Source: an uncultured Dehalococcoidia bacterium | Lineage (GTDB): Bacteria > Chloroflexota > Dehalococcoidia > SZUA-161 > SpSt-899 | Direction of reading: 5' to 3' | Assembly: GCA_965612975.1 (NCBI GenBank) | Contig: CBFDTP010000003.1 | Coordinates: 1-39,470 of the forward strand | Length of the DNA: 39,470 bases | Shown here: positions 16,612-24,888 of the stretch, in pieces | How the letters are laid out: every line of letters begins with the position of its first letter | Position numbering within the stretch: position 1 is the first letter of the stretch | Position numbers and translations under genes: made by a program | Notes under the pieces: generated by a model | The model's input: the letters and a program-made list of their open reading frames with translations, nothing else | Told to the model about the DNA's origin: nothing | Databases searched by the model: none

Positions 16612-17532
16612 CTACTCGCGCAGGTATTCGAAGGCAGATTTGGAAGCAACAGCCCCATCACCGGCAGCAGTTATCGCCTGGCGAGCGGAGCTGTGGCGAA
16701 CATCGCCAGCAGCAAAGATGCCGGGGGCTGAGGTTCTCATCAGCTCATCAGTAATGATGAAGCCGCCCTGATCCAGCTTTAACAGGTTGGAAAATGGCTG
16801 ACTATTGGGCTCAAGTCCAACGGCGATGAAGAGGCCGTTTACCTTCAGCTCCGAGGGTTGCCCCGATTTTACGTTCCGCAGGCGAAGTCCCTCCAGCCTA
16901 TCATTGCCAATGGCCTCCTCGACCACCGTATTCCAGAGGAACTCTATCTTAGGCTGGGCAAAGGCCTTTTCCTGAAGAGCTTTTGCCGCACGAAGTTGAT
17001 CCCTTCGATGTATAACATAGACTTTCCGGCAGTGTTGCACCAACTCCAGGGCATCGGTGACGGCGGTGTCACCACCCCCAACCACGGCCACCTCCTGATC
17101 GCGGAAGAAAAAGCTATCACAGGTGGCACAGTAGGAAACACCGCGCCCGGCTAGCTTTTCCTCCCCTGGTACCCCCAGCTTGCGGTACTCGGAGCCGGTG
17201 GCGACGATGATTGATTCAGCTTGGATATCTCCCTCGGTGGTGAAAATCTGGTAGGGATGCCCTGAACTTACCCCGGTTACCTCCACGGTGAGCATTTCCA
17301 GTCCATATTTCGCCGCCTGCTGGCGCATCAGCTCTCCCAGCTCAGCCCCTGAAATGCCTTCGGGGAATCCAGGGTAATTTTCCACCAAGCGAGCGTTTAC
17401 TAATTGCCCACCGAAAAGGCCTCGCTCCAGAAGCAAGGCCTTAAGCCCTGCTCGGGCAGCATAGAGACCAGCGGTAAGCCCAGCTGGCCCCCCGCCAATA
17501 ATTACTACCTCATACCAGCCATACGAACCCAA
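16612..17532 (-). CDS. trxB: Thioredoxin-disulfide reductase
   Basis: GGGPAG, GVSYCATCD, GGGDTA, HRRDQLRA, FAAGDV. Confidence 0.96.
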   Translation of the reverse strand: MGSYGWYEVVIIGGGPAGLTAGLYAARAGLKALLLERGLFGGQLVNARLVENYPGFPEGISGAELGELMRQQAAKYGLEMLTVEVTGVSSGHPYQIFTTEGDIQAESIIVATGSEYRKLGVPGEEKLAGRGVSYCATCDSFFFRDQEVAVVGGGDTAVTDALELVQHCRKVYVIHRRDQLRAAKALQEKAFAQPKIEFLWNTVVEEAIGNDRLEGLRLRNVKSGQPSELKVNGLFIAVGLEPNSQPFSNLLKLDQGGFIITDELMRTSAPGIFAAGDVRHSSARQAITAAGDGAVASKSAFEYLRE

Positions 17533-17555
17533 CTTGCACCTCCTGCTCTACTGTT

Positions 17556-17813
17556 CTATTCCCGGCCAACAAGAATAACTTCCTTAAGCTCCGGCATCAC
17601 TCCCCGAAGCACATCCTCGAGCACCTCAAGAACTACATCTTTGGTTGCCTTCGTGCGATCTATGTGGCAGGCAGAGGGATTGGTAAATGGGCGATAGTAT
17701 CTTACGGTCACCACTCCCTCCTTGATGTCCTCCAATCTTACCTCAGCCCCTCCTAGCATAGGGCTAAGCTTCGCCAGAGCTTCCTCTATCCTGCCCCTGT
17801 CCACCGGGCTCAC
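17556..17813 (-). CDS. NifU/Nfu-like domain protein without CxxC
   Basis: IEEALAKLSPML..GVVTVR..MPELKEV fold pattern, single Cys. Confidence 0.65.
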   Translation of the reverse strand: MSPVDRGRIEEALAKLSPMLGGAEVRLEDIKEGVVTVRYYRPFTNPSACHIDRTKATKDVVLEVLEDVLRGVMPELKEVILVGRE

Positions 17814-18588
17814 TTTGGAGAAATTCCTCCAGCTTCCATTTTATTCCTCGGGCAGCCTCAGCGCTCTTCGGCGCCGAATGATACACGTTAAAACCCTGAA
17901 CGTCAGCCCAGAGAAGGTCCGGGTCGAAGTCCAGAAAGCCCAGGATCGGAAAATCCGAGAGGTTTTCGTGGATGAACTGGCGCGCCGACTCATTGTTGGT
18001 CTTCGAGCCGACCACGAAGCAGTGTTTAACCCCCAATCCCGAAGCAAACTTCTTGACGGTGCGGGCGGTCTGGAAGCTACGTTGCCCTGGCTCAACCACG
18101 ATGATGAAGGCATCCACCCCCTCGGCCGTTCCCCGCCCCAGGTGTTCCACTCCAGCGTCCATATCCAAGATTAGAAGTTCATCCCTTTCCAACACCAGGT
18201 GATTGAGCAGGGCCTTGAGCATGGCACTTTCTGGACAAACACAGCCGGCCAGCGGCCCTCTTACCGTCCCCATGATCAGTAGCTTCACCCCCTCCCAGTC
18301 AATGGCGAAGCGATTTGGAATGTCATCCACTCGGGGGTTTAACTTGAAGAAGCTTCCCACCGCTCCCGGCTTCGCCCCAGTGCGTTCATAAATCAAATCG
18401 CCCATCTCCACGATGGGGGTGATTCTCTTCATAAACTCTGGGGGAACTCCCAGGGCCGAGGCCAGATTCCCATCAGGGTCGGCATCAGCGGCGATGACCT
18501 TGTATCCCTCCTGAGCATAGGCCATGGCCAGCAGCGCCGCCAGCGTGGTCTTGCCCACCCCTCCCTTTCCTGATATGGCTATCTTCAT
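17764..18588 (-). CDS. CooC-family nickel-insertion ATPase
   Basis: GKGGVGKTT, DADPDGNL, GCVCPE, DMDAGVEHLGRGT. Confidence 0.92.
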   Translation of the reverse strand: MKIAISGKGGVGKTTLAALLAMAYAQEGYKVIAADADPDGNLASALGVPPEFMKRITPIVEMGDLIYERTGAKPGAVGSFFKLNPRVDDIPNRFAIDWEGVKLLIMGTVRGPLAGCVCPESAMLKALLNHLVLERDELLILDMDAGVEHLGRGTAEGVDAFIIVVEPGQRSFQTARTVKKFASGLGVKHCFVVGSKTNNESARQFIHENLSDFPILGFLDFDPDLLWADVQGFNVYHSAPKSAEAARGIKWKLEEFLQSEPGGQGQDRGSSGEA

Positions 18589-18609
18589 ACCCACTCTCCA
18601 ATTTTACCC

Positions 18610-18831
18610 TTAGGTGGGCAAATGGTAAATAGCCTCATGGGGGCAAGATTCGATGCACTTCCCGCAGTCCTCGCAGAAGCCCGGCGTGGGGAATGGGAAA
18701 TCATAGGGCTCCTCCTGCTTCCAGAGCTTTCTGGGACATACCAGTACCGCCTGGCAGATTCCCTTCTCACAGCTCTCCGGATGACACCTCTGATAGTCAA
18801 CCGCCACCTTCTGTTTCTGCAGGTCAACCAT
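18610..18831 (-). CDS. Small 2x[4Fe-4S] ferredoxin-like protein
   Basis: CHPESCEKGICQAVLVCP and CEDCGKCIESCP. Confidence 0.85.
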   Translation of the reverse strand: MVDLQKQKVAVDYQRCHPESCEKGICQAVLVCPRKLWKQEEPYDFPFPTPGFCEDCGKCIESCPHEAIYHLPT

Positions 18832-18871
18832 CTCGGCCCTTTCCCTTGTCCCCCGGCCACCTGGGCATACT

Positions 18872-19555
18872 TCATCTCCCCCCTATGTCGAGGCAAATGC
18901 CCAGAAAAGCACCGAAAGGGCTTCGCCGGAAAGAAAGGAAGCGGTCTAGCCCACCGAAAAGACGATGTCCGCTTAGAGGAAAGTGGAGCACACTTCCCCA
19001 TCTGAAGGAAGGCCTTCCCTCGATCTCTTCCAAGAGCCTCTTTACCTCCCCGATGGTATAAAAGGTAGCCTGGCGATAGGTGCTCTCAGTGAATTTGGCT
19101 TTAATCCGGCGAATTACTCCCAGAAAGGAAGTTTTGTTCAGCACCCCGAGATAGAGCCTCTCCGCTGCCACCCTTTCCGCCTCCCGAAGCGCCTGAAGTG
19201 GCTCGGGAAGAAACTCCAGAACGGTTATCAGGGCAACCAGGTCGAACGAACCATCCTGGAAGGGCAAATTCTCCGCCCGTGCCTGAAGGAGCGGTACTCC
19301 AGGGAGCCTCCTCGTAGCTATCTCCAGCATAGCTGGAGAAGGCTCTATGCCAGCCACCCGAAGTCCTAGCCCCCGGAAAAACTCCAGATTATGTCCGGTC
19401 CCGCAACCAACCTCCAGCAGGCTTTGCCCTGGCCGAGGTCGCACTAGCCGGAGGAAGAGTTCCTGTTCCATCCTATCGGCATAACATCCCCCGGGGGTTT
19501 GAAACCACTGGTCATATCTGGAAGCTGTTTTGGTTCCGAAAGCAGATTCCTTCAA
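18872..19555 (-). CDS. Class I SAM-dependent methyltransferase
   Basis: LLEVGCGTG, LPFQDGSFDLV; TTG start after AAGGGGG. Confidence 0.9.
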   Translation of the reverse strand: MKESAFGTKTASRYDQWFQTPGGCYADRMEQELFLRLVRPRPGQSLLEVGCGTGHNLEFFRGLGLRVAGIEPSPAMLEIATRRLPGVPLLQARAENLPFQDGSFDLVALITVLEFLPEPLQALREAERVAAERLYLGVLNKTSFLGVIRRIKAKFTESTYRQATFYTIGEVKRLLEEIEGRPSFRWGSVLHFPLSGHRLFGGLDRFLSFRRSPFGAFLGICLDIGGR

Positions 19556-19566
19556 TAGATCCCCTT

Positions 19567-19869
19567 TTAGGGCCCGTCGAACCATCCGTGTTGAAATCTT
19601 CTCAGATACTCATCAAAGGGGTAGGTTCGTCTGACGCTCTCCTCGTCGAAGGAGTAACGGTAACGGGCGCAGTAGTCCAGCAGCAGCTCATAGGCCTCAT
19701 TTAGGCGCTTCATCAGCTCCTCGCATTCGGTCTTCCTCTCCTCAGGGCACCCATCTGGGTGATAGAGGGCAGCCATCCTCCGGTAGGCTTGCTTTATCTC
19801 CTCCAGGGTAGCGGTCTCACCCAGTCCCAACAATTTCCGAGCCCGGTCTATCTGTTCGAAATCGGCCAT
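19567..19869 (-). CDS. Small J-domain (DnaJ-like) protein
   Basis: LGL..EIKQAYRR..YHPD..LNEAYELL. Confidence 0.9.
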   Translation of the reverse strand: MADFEQIDRARKLLGLGETATLEEIKQAYRRMAALYHPDGCPEERKTECEELMKRLNEAYELLLDYCARYRYSFDEESVRRTYPFDEYLRRFQHGWFDGP

Positions 19870-19870
19870 A

Positions 19871-20173
19871 TTACTTATTCAGCTTCTCCTTGACAGCCTT
19901 TACCTTGCCCTCCTTAGTTAAGGGCTTGTCCCGCCGGTCATCTATCTTGACCGTGGTGAGTACCCGGAGGACTCCTTCACCGAAGGCGGCCTCGTGCATC
20001 CGTCCTGCCAGAGCTAGAAGCTGTCCTACCTCCCCCTCGATGATCGTCCCCATGGATGTCAGCTCATACTTTACCCCTTCTGCCTCCAGAACCCTAATGA
20101 CTCGAGCTATATGCTCGCTCAGCGATGGGCTTCCGGTACCCAAGGGAACTACGCTGATCTCGGCTAGGGTCAT
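19871..20173 (-). CDS. MTH1187-family (thiamine-binding) protein
   Basis: AEISVVPLGT, MGTIIEG, KIDDRRDK; RBS GGAGG. Confidence 0.9.
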   Translation of the reverse strand: MTLAEISVVPLGTGSPSLSEHIARVIRVLEAEGVKYELTSMGTIIEGEVGQLLALAGRMHEAAFGEGVLRVLTTVKIDDRRDKPLTKEGKVKAVKEKLNK

Positions 20174-20212
20174 TTCCACCTCCGTACTTCTTTTCTCTGA
20201 TTTGTGCCACAA

Positions 20213-20740
20213 TCATTTTACCGGGGCACTTTCCCGGAGGAAGTTCAGCACCTCGCCCAGACTGGCGAAGGCGCCGATCTTGACGTTCTCGACAACCCTC
20301 TCCTCACCAATCAAGAAGGTGGTGGGGATGTACCTAACGTTGTAGGCCTCGGCCACGTCCGTCGTCTTCGCCCCGGCGAGGATGGTAAAGCTGATCTTAT
20401 TCGCGCGAACAAACTCCCGCACCTCGGATGGAGACTCACCAACGTTGACCCCCAGAAACTTCACCTCCGTCCCCTTGCTCTGGAAGGCTTCTTCAAGGTA
20501 AGGCAGTTCCCTCCGACAGGGGCCACACCAGGTAGCCCAGAAGTTGAGCAACACCCGCTGCCCCTTGAACTCGCTTAGGCTTATCCTCTTCCCATTGAGG
20601 GTGTAGAGGGTAAAATCTGGAGCAAGGTTGCCTGGTCGCGGTGCGGTCTTGGTAGCACCGCCTGAGGATGTGCAGCCGCTCAAGCTGCTAGCCAGCAGCA
20701 GAAGTAGCCCGAAAACTAGAAGTCGCGATTTTCTGCTCAT
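20213..20740 (-). CDS. TlpA/ResA-family thiol-disulfide lipoprotein
   Basis: Lipobox LSGC, APDFTL, NFWATWCGPC, IPTTFLI. Confidence 0.92.
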   Translation of the reverse strand: MSRKSRLLVFGLLLLLASSLSGCTSSGGATKTAPRPGNLAPDFTLYTLNGKRISLSEFKGQRVLLNFWATWCGPCRRELPYLEEAFQSKGTEVKFLGVNVGESPSEVREFVRANKISFTILAGAKTTDVAEAYNVRYIPTTFLIGEERVVENVKIGAFASLGEVLNFLRESAPVK

Positions 20741-20749
20741 CGTCCTCCA

Positions 20750-21415
20750 TCAGGGCAGGATTCGGGCGAAGGCGTTGCTGAGCAGCGCCACCCCTACCCC
20801 CACTAGCAGCACCCCGCTGAAGCCCGAAAGCACCCTTCCCCGCTGCTGGAGCCATCGCATGATCGGTCGGACATTCTCCAGCAACAGAGCAAATATAACA
20901 AAGGGAAGGCCCAGACCAAGCGAGTAAATCCCTAGGAGGTAAGCCCCCTCCCAGGCCGTTTGCGAGGTCCAGGCCAAGGTGAGGATACCTCCGAGTATTG
21001 GCCCCACGCAGGGAGTCCAGCCCAGCGAGAAAACCCCTCCCACGGCGAAGGAGCGCAGGTAGCCCACCCCACCCCCCAGATGCTGCAGGCGCAGCTCATA
21101 ATTGAGCCAGGGCACCTTGATTGAGGCCAGAAGGAAGAGCCCGAAAGCTATAAGGAGTCCCCCAGCGATCCGCTTCAGAAGTCCCACCGGGGCAGTGGCT
21201 CCGAGCAATCCGGCAGAAGCCCCCAGGCCAACGAAAACCAGCGAAAAGCCGGCGATGAAACAGAGAACGTGAAGCAGGGTAAGCCAGCGGCCGGACCTAG
21301 AGGCCGGAGCCCCGGCCAAGATGGCCACATAAACCGGAACCAATGGGAGAACGCACGGAGAAAGAAAGGAAAACACCCCGGCCACGAAGGCCACCGGGAG
21401 GGAAACCTCGTTCAT
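20750..21415 (-). CDS. ccdA: CcdA/DsbD-type transmembrane electron transporter
   Basis: SFLSPCVLP and GWTPCVGP motifs, hydrophobic helices. Confidence 0.92.
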   Translation of the reverse strand: MNEVSLPVAFVAGVFSFLSPCVLPLVPVYVAILAGAPASRSGRWLTLLHVLCFIAGFSLVFVGLGASAGLLGATAPVGLLKRIAGGLLIAFGLFLLASIKVPWLNYELRLQHLGGGVGYLRSFAVGGVFSLGWTPCVGPILGGILTLAWTSQTAWEGAYLLGIYSLGLGLPFVIFALLLENVRPIMRWLQQRGRVLSGFSGVLLVGVGVALLSNAFARILP

Positions 21416-21465
21416 TGAAAGCACCTGATTAAAGTTCAAGCCTAGGCTAAGGACCAGATGCCAGT

Positions 21466-21786
21466 CTACTTGAGAAGGCCCTCGATCTTGGGACGCAGCA
21501 TGCGTTCGGGCACTGCTCCAAGGCTGGCGTCAACCACCTCCCCATTCTTGAAGAAAAGAAGCAAAGGTATGCTCATCACCTGATACCTGGTAGCCACCTG
21601 GGGATTCTCGTCCACGTTAAGCTTACAGAACTTGACCCGGCCATTATATTCGTTTGAGAGCTTTTCCACGATGGGTGAGAGCATTCGGCAGGGCCCGCAC
21701 CAGGCAGCCCAGAAATCCACCACCACCGGAAGCTCCGATTTCAAGACCTCCTGCTCAAAGTTCTGCTCGTTGACCTCAATGACCAT
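21466..21786 (-). CDS. trxA: Thioredoxin
   Basis: DFWAAWCGPC, 106 aa, RBS AAGGAGG. Confidence 0.96.
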   Translation of the reverse strand: MVIEVNEQNFEQEVLKSELPVVVDFWAAWCGPCRMLSPIVEKLSNEYNGRVKFCKLNVDENPQVATRYQVMSIPLLLFFKNGEVVDASLGAVPERMLRPKIEGLLK

Positions 21787-21877
21787 TCCTGCTCGACCTC
21801 CTTCCCGCGATAGATAACTTAAGCTTAACGCCTTAGCTGCTTCAACCTTATATGCCGAAAACTCCCGGCACGCATCT

Positions 21878-21893
21878 GGTGAGATATCTCACC
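21878..21893. promoter_or_regulatory. Perfect 16-bp palindrome, candidate operator
   Basis: GGTGAGATATCTCACC between the trxA promoter and its start. Confidence 0.5.
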
Positions 21894-21921
21894 GGTGGAG
21901 CCTTCAACCCTTTGACGTCAT

Positions 21922-21950
21922 ATTTTACCTCGGATTTTCCTTGCGGCCAA
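21922..21950 (-). promoter_or_regulatory. Putative promoter of the trxA cluster
   Basis: TTGGCC-17-TAAAAT on the minus strand. Confidence 0.5.
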
Positions 21951-22142
21951 GCCTTTTTGGCACTATCCTATCTCGTCTTCGGAAGGAGGCCGGATTCAAC
22001 TCAAGCTGGGCTGATAAATACCGGTGTTTCCTCCTTGAGACAAAAGTCACAGACGGGCTTCAGCAGCCAGTTTATAATTGGTTAAAAAATAAAGCATGGT
22101 GCCAGACGAACTTTCAGTCGGGTTCGCTAGATTCGGAGGGTT

Positions 22143-23510
22143 ATGAGGAAATTAAAGGACAGACCGGCCTTGCCCGCCAGGCTGGAAGACGAGCTCGTTG
22201 GCGATGAGCTGGCGCAGGAATCCCAGGGAAGTGATCTCCCGGCGGAGGAGTTGGCGAACGAGTCGCTCCGATTGTACCTCCATGAAATTGGCCAGGTGCC
22301 TCTTTTGAGTGTTCAGGAGGAGCGGGAACTCGGCCTCAAGATAGATCTGACTCGGCATCTAAGTGAGCTCGAGGAGCGGTGGAGGAGAACCCGCCGAATG
22401 GAGGCTTCTAATCTGGGACTCATGCAGCTCATCCTCAGGGAGCTTCGGGAGGCCTTACCTCTGGCCCGAGTTCTGGCCGAGGAGCTGGGACTGCCATCCC
22501 CACCGGCCCGGCAGCTTCTTCATCCATTACTTCGCCAGACCGTTGACGGAGTTCTGGACCCCCAGCTGCTGGCCGTGGCTGTATCTAAGCTGGGCGTCTC
22601 GCCACGACGGGCAGCAAATCTTCTGGTCAAGCTTTCCCGGGCCCTCAACCTCATTCCAGCAGGTCTGCTGGAAGCGGTGGTGGCGGAGATCAGCCGGGGT
22701 GAGCTATCAGATACTGGTATCGAAAATCTGCTGGAGCAGCACCGGGACGAGATCTCAGCGCACCTCGAAAGGGTAAAGCGTGAGGGTCAGGAGGCCAAGA
22801 ACCGTTTCATCGAAGCCAATCTGAGGCTCGTAGTGAGCGTGGCCAAAAAATATTCCGGTCGGGGACTGCCTTTACTTGACCTCATTCAGGAGGGCAACCT
22901 GGGACTCATTCGAGCGGTGGAGAAATTCGACCATCGTCGGGGCTACAAGTTCAGCACTTATGCTACCTGGTGGATTCGCCAGGCGGTCAATCGGGCCATA
23001 GCCGGACAAGCGCCCAGCGTTAGACTACCGGTTTACGTAGTGGAGGAGCGGAACAAGCTCAAACGGGCCAGCCAAGAACTAGCCCAGATGTACGGTCGGG
23101 AGCCGACCGTAGAGGAAGTTGCCCAGGCGGCTGGGCTGCCCCCAAAGAGGATAGGCGAAATCCTCAGGCTAGGTCAGAAGCCGATTTCCCTGCAGACTCC
23201 CGTCGGAGATGATGAGACCTTCCTCAGTGAGCTGATAGCCAATGGGGGCCGGATTGATCCGGTAGAGGCGGCCTCCGGTGCTCTGCTCCGAGAGCATATT
23301 GAAGAAGCTCTTTCCCATCTGGAAGAGCGGGAAAGGCAGGTTCTCCGCCTGAGATTTGGCCTGGAGGATGGCCGCCCTCACACTCTGGAGGAGATTGGGC
23401 AACGACTGGGGGTAACCCGCGAACGTATTCGCCAAATAGAGGTCAAGGCGCTGGAGAAGCTCAAAAGCGATCCTGAGCTTCTCCAGGATCTGCAGGAATT
23501 CATCCAGTAA
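22143..23510 (+). CDS. RpoD/SigA-like sigma-70 factor
   Basis: [10 protein letters not shown] (region 1.2), [42 protein letters not shown]. Confidence 0.93.
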   Translation: MRKLKDRPALPARLEDELVGDELAQESQGSDLPAEELANESLRLYLHEIGQVPLLSVQEERELGLKIDLTRHLSELEERWRRTRRMEASNLGLMQLILRELREALPLARVLAEELGLPSPPARQLLHPLLRQTVDGVLDPQLLAVAVSKLGVSPRRAANLLVKLSRALNLIPAGLLEAVVAEISRGELSDTGIENLLEQHRDEISAHLERVKREGQEAKNRFIEANLRLVVSVAKKYSGRGLPLLDLIQEGNLGLIRAVEKFDHRRGYKFSTYATWWIRQAVNRAIAGQAPSVRLPVYVVEERNKLKRASQELAQMYGREPTVEEVAQAAGLPPKRIGEILRLGQKPISLQTPVGDDETFLSELIANGGRIDPVEAASGALLREHIEEALSHLEERERQVLRLRFGLEDGRPHTLEEIGQRLGVTRERIRQIEVKALEKLKSDPELLQDLQEFIQ

Positions 23511-23730
23511 GCCCCTCAAGATATCACCTCTCTCCTCTTGAATTCCGCTGTTAGGCACGCTTTTATTCTTAGAATGGCCAAGAACCGAAAACCGGACACC
23601 CTTATGCCCCCCACGCCTTCATAAAATCTTCTGCAGTCGAAGTTAGGAAGACAGGCCTGCTTTGAACACCGCACCTTCTTCAAACTCTTGAAGTCCCGTA
23701 AGGCAATCCGTCAAACCTTGTGACGGGTTG

Positions 23731-23739
23731 TGCTATAAT
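23731..23739 (+). promoter_or_regulatory. Extended -10 promoter element of the hyp operon
   Basis: TGCTATAAT about 25 nt upstream of the hypB TTG. Confidence 0.55.
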
Positions 23740-23763
23740 CTAGAGGGTTTGAAAGGGGGAGAA

Positions 23764-24432
23764 TTGAAGGTTATCCGACCAGGAGAAGGAGAAATTTTTG
23801 ACATCGAGCTGGATGAAGACCTGCTGCAGCGGAACCGAGAGCTGGCCGAGGAAAATCGGCGGTATCTTAACCGTTTCGGTGTCCTCGCCGTCGATGTCAT
23901 GGGCTCGGTGGGCTCAGGCAAGACCTCGCTGATCGTTCAGCTCATAAGTCGGCTGCAGAAGAAATATCGAATTGCGGCGCTAGCCGGGGATACCACTACG
24001 ACCGTAGACGCGGAGCGACTGAGGTCTGCCGGGGCCGAGGTGCTGCAAATAAATACGGGCAAGGAATGCCATCTGGATGCCAATTTGGTAAAGAAAGCCC
24101 TGAAGGAGCTCGACCTGCAGAAGCTCGATCTCCTTTTCATTGAGAACGTGGGGAACATCATCTGTCCGGCTGATTTCCCCCTGGGCTCGCACCGGAGGGT
24201 GGTGGTAGTTTCCCTCACCGAGGGGCCCTACGTGGTGCTCAAGCATCCGTTTTCCTTCCTCGATGCCCAGGTAGTGGTGATCAACAAGGTTGACCTGGCT
24301 CCGGCCCTGAAAGTTGACCCCGGCGAGCTGGAAAAACAGGTTCTGGAACTAAAACCGGCCCTGAAGGTGGTGCGGACGAACTGCTTGAGTGGAGAGGGAA
24401 CTGAGAAGACAATAAGCGCTCTGGGGCTCTAA
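23764..24432 (+). CDS. hypB: Hydrogenase nickel GTPase HypB
   Basis: GSVGSGKTS, ECHLDA, ENVGNIICP, NKVD; TTG start after AAGGGGGA. Confidence 0.93.
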   Translation: MKVIRPGEGEIFDIELDEDLLQRNRELAEENRRYLNRFGVLAVDVMGSVGSGKTSLIVQLISRLQKKYRIAALAGDTTTTVDAERLRSAGAEVLQINTGKECHLDANLVKKALKELDLQKLDLLFIENVGNIICPADFPLGSHRRVVVVSLTEGPYVVLKHPFSFLDAQVVVINKVDLAPALKVDPGELEKQVLELKPALKVVRTNCLSGEGTEKTISALGL

Positions 24433-24486
24433 GCCATACGGCTACGGATCACGGAACAAGATACCGGAAACAGAAGGCGAGCGGTT

Positions 24487-24888
24487 TTGCATGAATTTTC
24501 GGTCTCCCAGGCGATAGCCAACCTGGTTCTGGAGGAATCGCGCAAGCGAGAGGCCAAGAGGGTTCTCCTGGTGGAGGTGGAGATAGGGGAGCTTTCGCTG
24601 CTGAACCCAGAACAGGTGGAGTTCTGGCTACGCCTGGCCTTTGAACACACTCCGGCAAATGAGGCCGAGCTCAGGCTAGAGGTCGTAAAGCCGGAAATCG
24701 TGTGTGAGCGATGTGGTTACCGGGGCGGGCTGTCGTTTAAGGATGACCCAGTTTATCATTTCCTCACCCCGGCCTTTCGGTGCCCTCGGTGTGACTCACC
24801 GGAGATAGTTATCCGAAAGGGAAGGGGTTGCCGGGTAAGGAAGATCGAGATTCTGACGGGGGAAGATGGGCAAGCTCAGGCCAGTTGA
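24487..24888 (+). CDS. hypA: Hydrogenase nickel chaperone HypA
   Basis: MHE start, CERC and CPRC Zn site. Confidence 0.93.
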   Translation: MHEFSVSQAIANLVLEESRKREAKRVLLVEVEIGELSLLNPEQVEFWLRLAFEHTPANEAELRLEVVKPEIVCERCGYRGGLSFKDDPVYHFLTPAFRCPRCDSPEIVIRKGRGCRVRKIEILTGEDGQAQAS

